Below, piece by piece: positions 1 to 5,628 of a stretch of 7,346 nucleotides of DNA. The notes beneath the pieces are model-generated. The model saw only the letters and a list, made by a program, of their open reading frames with translations. It was not told the DNA's origin and did not search any database. The first letter of the stretch is position 1; each line of letters begins with the position of its first letter. Source of the stretch: a virus (Duplodnaviria > Heunggongvirae > Uroviricota > Caudoviricetes); the IMG/VR virus record IMGVR_UViG_3300029840_000137, positions 1 to 7,346 of that record. The stretch is one strand, 5' to 3'. The translations under genes were made by a program, and so were the position numbers.

Positions 1-338
1 GTTGAAGCCACTTTGCGTGATGTGGTACCAAACAATGTAGCCAGCTCATCAGCCGTTTGTGGTCCTCGTTGTTCAATCGTCGCGGTTAAATCGCACTCTG
101 AGATTTTCGCTACTGTTGCTGTGGTGATTTCTTCCGGCAGTTCTGCCTGCGCTGGCTGTTCCTGCTGAACGTTGTTATCAGCCACACGCCAGGTGTACGC
201 GCTTTTATCAACAAAACCAGCCTTTTTCAGTTCCCATAGTTCGTTCAGCACTTCTTCACGACTGATATCAAGTCGCGCAGCAAGTTCTATGGATGTGGCT
301 TTTCCCATTGCTTTCAGTGCGTCAAAAACAGTCTCCAT
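1..338 (-). CDS. Hypothetical prophage protein, partial (start in window, continues beyond the left edge); N-terminus [46 protein letters not shown], possibly winged-helix
   Basis: Minus-strand frame open for 112 codons from ATG (plus 336-338) to position 1 with no stop. GGGAGA lies 9 nt upstream. Start is 22 bp downstream of the dnaC-like stop. Absent from the supplied ORF track because it has no in-window stop. Confidence 0.5.
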
Positions 339-360
339 TAAATTTTTCTCCCGGTAAAAA

Positions 361-1107
361 TTACTTCGCAATTCCTGGCTGGACGACATTCGGACGCCAG
401 CTCTCCCAGTTAAAATTCACCCATAGCCCGCCGTTCATGGTCATGCGATCCATAATCCGCTCGCCGAGCAATGTTTTCATGGCCTCATAGTTCAGGTTTG
501 TCAGCATCCCCACGCTGCGCATCGACGCTGTCCGGCGATCAACAATCTGGTGCAGTACCACCTGCTCGTTTTTCGTCTCGCGCTGAATGCCAATTTCATC
601 AAGAACCAGCAGATCCACTTCGCACAGTTCCCGCAAAAATTTTTCGCCTGACTGCCCATCGTCATAGCTGGCGTGGAGGGCACTCATAACATCAGCCACG
701 GTAACCACAATCACTGTCTGACCGTCTTTCAGCAGGCGATTCCCGATAGCTGCTGCTAAGTGGTTCTTCCCGGTACCAGGTTTTCCGCTAAACGCGAAAT
801 TTGTGCATCCGGTCATCAGTTCATCAGCTATAGATTTCGCCTGGCTCAACGCGTATCGCTGACCGTCGTTCTGCACCTGGTAATTCGCAAACGAGCATTT
901 ACGGTGCAACGGCTGGATGCCTGAGCGATTCAGAATTTTTTCCACCCGCAACTGGCGATTCAGGCGGTTGATCTCCTCGCTACGTTTCTGGCCTTCAGCA
1001 AGTTGCCACTCGTGCCACTCCGCTACCGTTCTGAATGGGGCGGTTACATGTGGCGGAGCCAGTCTTCGGATACGTTCAAGAACGCCGCCTGCCGCAATGT
1101 TTTTCAT
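361..1107 (-). CDS. DnaC-family replicative helicase loader (AAA+ ATPase), prophage copy of the YdaV type
   Basis: 248 aa with Walker [18 protein letters not shown] and Walker [10 protein letters not shown]. Overall resemblance to E. coli DnaC from recollection. GGGGGTGA 6 nt upstream of ATG. Stop of the upstream initiator gene lies 6 bp away. Confidence 0.9.
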
Positions 1108-1113
1108 GACACG

Positions 1114-2076
1114 TCACCCCCTGAATCCCGGCGGTATTTCAGTGTCCGGTTCAGAAATGTGATTCACGCAACGCTGCGCAGGCGAACGCCCCAGGCGGAT
1201 AACCAGTTCATCCCATTTTTCCCGGAGTTTTGCCGGACTCATGATGTTTTTTACCCAGAACGAATCCCGCTGGAGACGCCCAAACATTTCACAAATTTGT
1301 CTGTGAGTTCTGCCATCCAGCATCCGCATTGTGCGAACGTCATTGGCCCATGCTGTCCAGTTGGGTTCTTTCGGTCTAGTGATCTCGCCATCATAGCTGG
1401 CCGCCTGCTCGTAAAGACTCACGATTCGTCCCCAGATCCACTGTGCGCACACCAAATCTTCCTGACTTCCCCACTGGCGTTTTTTCGCACTGAACACAAC
1501 CGCGTCAGGGTGTCGGGTTAAAAAATCCTGTTCAGCCGTCTGCGGGTCCGGTTGCGAAGCGTCCGGACAAGAAGATCTTTTATCTGACGGATCAGGTTTT
1601 AATACTGACGGATCGGGGTCAATCATCGNNNNNNNNNNNNNNNNNTTTTTATCAACAGTTGATCCATCAAAATTTGACGGGTCAACCGTTGAGGGGTCAA
1701 TATTTGACGGGTCAACTGTTAACGGGTCATTTTTTGCCGGGCTAATTTTTCTTTTCGGTTTATATGACTCACGCGCCGCCGCCGCAGCTGCTTCGAGTTT
1801 TTCCACATTAAGCCGATAGATATTGCTTACATTACGCCCACCGACCTTACGCTCTTCCTTCGTCAGCCAGCCCTCTTTCGCCAGTTCTGCAATAGCCGAT
1901 TTCACTGTGGATTCACTTCTTGCACCGATCTGACGCCGGATAGTTTCAATGGCAGGCCATGACACGCCCTCGTCATTGCTGTAGTCTGCAAGACGGGCCA
2001 TAACCGCCACCCTGGATAAGATCATGCCGGTGAAGGCGCACCCTTCCCAGACAAGACCATGAAGCTTGCTGCTCAT
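1114..2076 (-). CDS. Phage replication initiator (lambda O-like / YdaU-like) with internal origin iterons; interrupted by a 17-nt N run
   Basis: Long minus-strand ORF directly upstream of the dnaC-like gene. N-terminal domain looks like a winged-helix DNA-binding domain. Central DPS-rich repeats (DPSTVDPSN, DPSNIDPS) are encoded by the iteron DNA. ATG at plus 2074-2076 follows GGGGG plus 4 nt; the track's longer frame begins at a GTG at 2091 with no Shine-Dalgarno. Confidence 0.8.
   Translation of the reverse strand: MSSKLHGLVWEGCAFTGMILSRVAVMARLADYSNDEGVSWPAIETIRRQIGARSESTVKSAIAELAKEGWLTKEERKVGGRNVSNIYRLNVEKLEAAAAAARESYKPKRKISPAKNDPLTVDPSNIDPSTVDPSNFDGSTVDKXXXXXXXMIDPDPSVLKPDPSDKRSSCPDASQPDPQTAEQDFLTRHPDAVVFSAKKRQWGSQEDLVCAQWIWGRIVSLYEQAASYDGEITRPKEPNWTAWANDVRTMRMLDGRTHRQICEMFGRLQRDSFWVKNIMSPAKLREKWDELVIRLGRSPAQRCVNHISEPDTEIPPGFRG
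1585..1735. repeat. Iteron array, putative prophage origin of replication, inside the initiator gene
   Basis: GGGTCA cores at 1679, 1694, 1709 and 1724 give an exact 15-bp period (gacGGGTCAaccgtt, gagGGGTCAatattt, gacGGGTCAactgtt, aacGGGTCAtttttt). Related ctGACGGATC units at 1585-1618 and the palindrome TCAACAGTTGA at 1652-1662. Four GATC sites within 1576-1664. T/A-rich tract 1730-1770 immediately adjacent. Confidence 0.7.
1629..1645. other. Run of 17 ambiguous bases (N): assembly gap or masked sequence
   Basis: Literal n characters at 1629-1645, inside the iteron region and the initiator ORF (seven X codons in the track translation). Confidence 0.95.
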
Positions 2077-2098
2077 AAAACCCCCGAACACCGTGCTT

Positions 2099-2524
2099 TT
2101 AGTGCATCACCACAGCATTCCCTGCCGGGCCGCCGCGATTCATCTGGTCATACAAAACAACCGCTGACGCAACAAAATCATCGACATCCTTCACCAGCCG
2201 ATCCCTCCGTTCGACGATATCACGGTAATATTCAGAACTGTGGCTACGCATACGGGCCACCAGCAAAGGCGGCATCGCCTTTTCGATCGCCGGTAACAGA
2301 GCCTGCATTTTTTCAACAGCATCAGGGGTGTCTTTATCCAGCCAACGGAAAATTTTCTGGGTATTACGGGCCAGGGCTTCCGGATGGCTGTCGTCATACA
2401 GTTCCGGGAACGTCATTCCCAGCTCGAAATACGCTTTGGTAATTTTCGCAGCCGGCACTTTTTCGCCGTCCGGATGCGCCCAGACATTCATCGCCATGCG
2501 GATGTGTTCATGCTTGATTTTCAT
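2099..2524 (-). CDS. ydaT: YdaT-family protein (described as a CII-like functional analogue in Rac-type prophages)
   Basis: 141 aa beginning MKIKHEHI, which I recall as the YdaT N-terminus. Sits immediately downstream of the cro-like gene and overlaps it by 17 nt. GGAG 8 nt upstream of ATG. Confidence 0.7.
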   Translation of the reverse strand: MKIKHEHIRMAMNVWAHPDGEKVPAAKITKAYFELGMTFPELYDDSHPEALARNTQKIFRWLDKDTPDAVEKMQALLPAIEKAMPPLLVARMRSHSSEYYRDIVERRDRLVKDVDDFVASAVVLYDQMNRGGPAGNAVVMH

Positions 2525-2789
2525 GAATCAAGCTCCTAGAAAGTGGTTGTGTTAACGTTTTGGTATCTTCCAGCTCGGGCCAAATATTCATCCAATCAAA
2601 AGGCCTTAGTTGCTGACGTGTAACTTCACCATTACTGGCTCGCTCAATAAGGACACATAACGATGCCCCTAACACTTGACCTTTACTCAATGCCTTTCTT
2701 AGATAACCGATGCTGGTACCACACTCGCATGCAAACATACGCTGTTCATCTGACGAAAGAGAATTGAGAAATATTCTTAATTCTTCCAT
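2508..2789 (-). CDS. ydaS: Cro-like helix-turn-helix regulator (YdaS family)
   Basis: 93 aa with an HTH-like segment (GTSIGYLRKALSKGQ). Divergent from the repressor gene. Strong AAGGAG 5 nt upstream of ATG. A sigma70-like promoter lies on the minus strand upstream. Confidence 0.75.
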   Translation of the reverse strand: MEELRIFLNSLSSDEQRMFACECGTSIGYLRKALSKGQVLGASLCVLIERASNGEVTRQQLRPFDWMNIWPELEDTKTLTQPLSRSLIHENQA

Positions 2790-2889
2790 AGCTACTCCTT
2801 AGTAAACACAGCAAAGAATACCCACAGGTAAACAAAAGTCAATACCCACAGGTTGTTTACCTTGCGGTAATCGCATCTATTATTTACCT
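2790..2889. promoter_or_regulatory. Divergent switch region: PR-like promoter for the cro-like gene (minus), PRM-like leaderless promoter for the repressor (plus), direct-repeat operator candidates
   Basis: Minus strand: -35 TTGACT (plus 2837-2842), 16-nt spacer, -10 TATTCT (plus 2815-2820). The 12-bp direct repeat AATACCCACAGG (plus 2817-2828 and 2841-2852) overlaps the -10 and the -35. Inverted repeat GGTAAACAA/TTGTTTACC at 2827-2835 and 2853-2861. Plus strand: TATTAT at 2878-2883 sits 6 nt before the repressor ATG, which has no Shine-Dalgarno. Confidence 0.55.
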
Positions 2890-3309
2890 ATGGACAAATA
2901 TGAATTTAGACGACAGCAACTCATCAAAATTCGTGATGAGAAATGCGATGGTAAAGCGGTTAACGTGGCCAGAAAGATCGGGCGCGAGCCTTCTTATGTA
3001 TCAAGAATGTTGTACCCAGAGGGGAAAAAGGGAAAAAAACGGATCGCTGATGATATGGTGGAGATTATCGAAGAGTCCTTTGGGTTACCCCGGGGATGGA
3101 TGGATGGTATCGTTTCATCATCAACGAACACAGCCTCCAGTTATGAAACAAGGGTTCTAACGCCACGACAACGTATTTTTTTAGATCTCTTAGACGAACT
3201 GCCAGAAAGTGAAGCGGATAAATTATTAAAAACTCTTGAAGAGAAAAAACAGTATTACAATATGATCTACGAAGAAATCCGTAAAAAGAAAGCACAAAAC
3301 GCATCATAG
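2890..3309 (+). CDS. CI-like prophage repressor (HTH DNA-binding protein), probably translated from a leaderless mRNA
   Basis: 139 aa. HTH-like segment (VNVARKIGREPSYVSRMLYPEG). Divergent to the cro-like gene. No Shine-Dalgarno; candidate -10 directly upstream. Confidence 0.75.
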   Translation: MDKYEFRRQQLIKIRDEKCDGKAVNVARKIGREPSYVSRMLYPEGKKGKKRIADDMVEIIEESFGLPRGWMDGIVSSSTNTASSYETRVLTPRQRIFLDLLDELPESEADKLLKTLEEKKQYYNMIYEEIRKKKAQNAS

Positions 3310-3349
3310 CTCACCAAACAACTAGTCACCAGTTAAGACACCGCAAAAA

Positions 3350-3390
3350 TTTACCCATGGGTATTTACTTTTTAAATACCTATGGGTATC
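3350..3390 (+). promoter_or_regulatory. PL-like early promoter with two palindromic operator sites
   Basis: -35 TTTACC (3350-3355), 16-nt spacer, -10 TTAAAT (3372-3377). Perfect palindrome TACCCATGGGTA (3352-3363) overlaps the -35. Near-palindrome ATACCTATGGGTAT (3376-3389) overlaps the -10 and start. Half-site ATACCCA is shared with the direct repeats in the divergent region. Confidence 0.5.
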
Positions 3391-3493
3391 CTTCTTTTCA
3401 TACCAACCCACCCCGCCCCACAGAATGCAGGGCAATACTTCGAGTTACCAGGCAGTGGTCAGGGGTTAAGTAGCCAGCCCGAGGCGTAAGAAC

Positions 3494-3727
3494 ATGACGG
3501 CAGGGTTCAACTTTAATAACTATGCAGCAGGTTTTTGTTCCGCTACCCCGGCGTTAAGGGGAAATGAGGTCAACATGGATATGCTCAATCTTGGCAACAA
3601 CGAATCTCTGGTATGTGGCGTGTTCCCCAACCAGGACGGCACGTTTACCGCGATGACGTATACCAGAAGCAAAACGTTTAAAACTGAAGCTGGCGCGCGT
3701 CGCTGGTTAACCAGAAACACTGACTGA
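3494..3727 (+). CDS. Small hypothetical early protein (77 aa; alternative start at 3575 gives 50 aa)
   Basis: First ORF downstream of the PL-like promoter. GAGG 9 nt upstream of ATG 3494; GAGG 5 nt upstream of the internal ATG 3575. Sits where the small ydaF/ydaG-type ORFs lie in Rac (from memory). Confidence 0.55.
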   Translation: MTAGFNFNNYAAGFCSATPALRGNEVNMDMLNLGNNESLVCGVFPNQDGTFTAMTYTRSKTFKTEAGARRWLTRNTD

Positions 3728-3738
3728 TGAGGTTGACG

Positions 3739-4140
3739 ATGGAATTTAAAGATTTACCAGTACCATTCCAGGAAATGGCATCGAATGTGGTTCGCTCTCA
3801 ACTGGCGACTCTTGACCTGAGTACCGTAGAAAAAGAAACCATCGATACTATATCCGGTAACGTGCGTCGTGCCTTTATAGGTCTGTATGAAGAGAAGCGC
3901 CTATTCGGCGGACAGAATTCGCCTGAAAACAAGAATCAAGCAAATGATGAGAAGCTGAAACACATTATCGCCTTACTTTTGGAAGACGCAAAACGTCTAC
4001 AGCAACTGGAACCAAATGCAGGCACAGAGGCCCGCATTTGGATTGCCATGAAATCACTCAAATGTGAAAGCAGTGATTATTTCAAAACAACAATTAAAAC
4101 TACTCAACTTTCGGGAGAGCTACTGAAGAAATTGCCATAA
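3739..4140 (+). CDS. Hypothetical early protein (133 aa from ATG 3739; track frame opens at 3727)
   Basis: GAGG 6 nt upstream of ATG 3739. The ATG at 3727 overlaps the upstream stop (TGATGA) but has no Shine-Dalgarno. No domain recognised by eye. Confidence 0.55.
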   Translation: MEFKDLPVPFQEMASNVVRSQLATLDLSTVEKETIDTISGNVRRAFIGLYEEKRLFGGQNSPENKNQANDEKLKHIIALLLEDAKRLQQLEPNAGTEARIWIAMKSLKCESSDYFKTTIKTTQLSGELLKKLP

Positions 4141-4378
4141 GAGCATGGTCTTTCTCTTGTTCTGCAAGATGAGCATTAATACCTGGTATGGTTTTTTCAA
4201 ATTTATCTATCTGTTGAATAACAACTTCGCGGTATACGTTTGTTTTTGTACCACCAAGCGCAGCCGTTAATGCAGAAAGCATATTTAGTATCATATCAGT
4301 GCGATATGAAAGAATCCTGATAGCTTCATCTTGTTTTTCAATAATAGATTGCAGGGCCTCAATTTGCTTTTTATCCAT
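4100..4378 (-). CDS. Hypothetical small protein (92 aa from ATG 4378; track frame extends to 4417), oriented against the early-left operon
   Basis: Strong AGGAGGG 4 nt upstream of the ATG at plus 4376-4378; the 4417 start has no Shine-Dalgarno. AT-rich. The 3' end overlaps the convergent plus-strand ORF by 41 bp. Contains a short hydrophobic stretch (MILNMLSALTAALGG). Confidence 0.5.
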   Translation of the reverse strand: MDKKQIEALQSIIEKQDEAIRILSYRTDMILNMLSALTAALGGTKTNVYREVVIQQIDKFEKTIPGINAHLAEQEKDHALMAISSVALPKVE

Positions 4379-4612
4379 TTCACCCTCCTGAGGGTTGGTA
4401 ATTAAGGAGTTCTCCACGGGTCAGGTGGAGTGCGTGCGCCGGACACGGGTGAACATCCGGCACTGACAGTTTACTGAAAGGATATGTCCCTGAAAAGTCA
4501 GGGCATAACGCGAAAGCGCACGGCGAAATTGGTCTCTCTGTACGGTGTCGTTAAATTTAGTTCGACCGTGCGCTTCCGGTTGTGAATAACAACATTGCTG
4601 TGTGTAGCCCTT

Positions 4613-4653
4613 GGCGGACATCGGTTTGCCGATTGCTGATGTCCGCCCTTTTT
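4613..4653 (+). terminator. Rho-independent terminator, plus strand
   Basis: Perfect 10-bp stem GGCGGACATC (4613-4622) / GATGTCCGCC (4638-4647) with a 15-nt loop, followed by CTTTTT (4648-4653). Confidence 0.7.
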
Positions 4654-4829
4654 AAAGTGAATTTTGTGATGCGGTGAATGCGGCTATGCGCACGCGGAAC
4701 AGTTAAACCGACAGGATGTCACGGAAAGTCATCGTCCCCTGACCCGGCGTTAGTTGTTAACTGGTTAACGTCACCTGGAGGTACCAGGCACCGCATCAAC
4801 AAAGTTCATTTGTGAAAATGGAGATAATT

Positions 4830-5051
4830 ATGATTGCTCATCACTTCGGAACTGATGAAATACCACGTCAGTGCGTGACGCCTGGCGATTATGTTCTTCA
4901 TGAAGGTCGGACATATATCGCTTCAGCAAACAATATTGAAAAGAGAAAACTCTATATTCGTAACTTCACAACAAAAACATGCATTACCGACTGCATGATT
5001 AAAGTTTTCATCGGGCGCGATGACTTACCCGTAAAAGCAGCGTCGTTGTGA
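4830..5051 (+). CDS. kilR: KilR-like cell-division inhibitor (73 aa from ATG 4830; track frame opens at GTG 4812)
   Basis: GGAG 6 nt upstream of ATG 4830. The 73-aa length matches Rac KilR and the position between the immunity region and recE is as in Rac. Identity rests on recollection of [10 protein letters not shown]... and on context. Confidence 0.6.
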   Translation: MIAHHFGTDEIPRQCVTPGDYVLHEGRTYIASANNIEKRKLYIRNFTTKTCITDCMIKVFIGRDDLPVKAASL

Positions 5052-5134
5052 CGAGTAATAAAATACACCTTCCATATCTGTAACAGACAAGCCGAAATAA
5101 AACCGCATTAATTATCAACCACGGAAAAATAAAA

Positions 5135-5521
5135 ATGAAAGAACTTGCGCAAAATGAAATATTTTCCGAAACCAGTCCTGATGCAATAAATGAAGTCAAA
5201 GAAATTGCAGAACGCATCAGTAAAATATGCAAAGAATACAAAATCGACTTTGTATTTTCTTTTTCAGTACTTACAGAAGTTGGAAATAACGAATATAAGG
5301 ACAGTCGTTTTGTTTTATGTGGGTTAAATGGCAAAACACCAAGCCCATATATTCATGCTGCATGTGAAGTCGTCAGAAGCAACATTGGAGCACAACAAAT
5401 CCATACACTGGCGCAGGCTCTTGAGTTTGCAAGAGAAAATTCTGAGTGCGACTGCCCTGAATGCCAGCACGAAAAGGGAAAAACAACTCACAAAACAGCA
5501 AACCAGGCAACCTTCCACTGA
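5135..5521 (+). CDS. Hypothetical protein with C-terminal CxCxxC motif (CDCPEC), possibly YdaE-like zinc-binding
   Basis: 128-aa ORF between kilR-like and recE-like genes, in the slot held by ydaE/racC in Rac. Weak A-rich ribosome-binding region. Confidence 0.65.
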   Translation: MKELAQNEIFSETSPDAINEVKEIAERISKICKEYKIDFVFSFSVLTEVGNNEYKDSRFVLCGLNGKTPSPYIHAACEVVRSNIGAQQIHTLAQALEFARENSECDCPECQHEKGKTTHKTANQATFH

Positions 5522-5628
5522 AATAAAAATCCGGCAGCGCAGGCTACCGGATTTCTCCCTGCGTCACCGTATTCGGAGAAATCAGACAAAGGGCCGCTAA
5601 TTCTAATCCAGCCAGAGGTTTAAATACA

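Noticed and set aside
172-689. Short plus- and minus-strand ORFs in the track (172-357, 293-490, 471-689, 501-683)
   Set aside because: Overlap the better-supported minus-strand partial ORF and the dnaC-like gene; no start signals.
1003-1521. 172-aa plus-strand ORF
   Set aside because: Antisense to the initiator and dnaC-like genes, which have recognisable protein features; no ribosome-binding site seen.
1585-1735. Possible CRISPR array
   Set aside because: Units are 15-bp phased iterons without unique spacers, inside a replication initiator gene, and no cas genes are present.
2059-2442. 127-aa plus-strand ORF
   Set aside because: Antisense to the YdaT-like gene; Pro/Ser/Arg-rich composition typical of a wrong-strand frame.
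3494-3727. N-like antiterminator as first gene of the PL-like operon
   Set aside because: The protein has no arginine-rich N-terminal motif; nothing in the sequence supports this identity.
4484-4585. 33-aa plus-strand ORF (MSLKSQGITRKR...) in the structured region
   Set aside because: The AAGG is only 2 nt from the ATG and the ORF coincides with the hairpins. Not excluded as a small peptide, but unsupported.
4421-4621. 66-aa minus-strand ORF in the structured intergenic region
   Set aside because: Its start codon lies inside the terminator stem, it has no Shine-Dalgarno, and the product is Cys/Arg-rich; the region is better explained as structured RNA.
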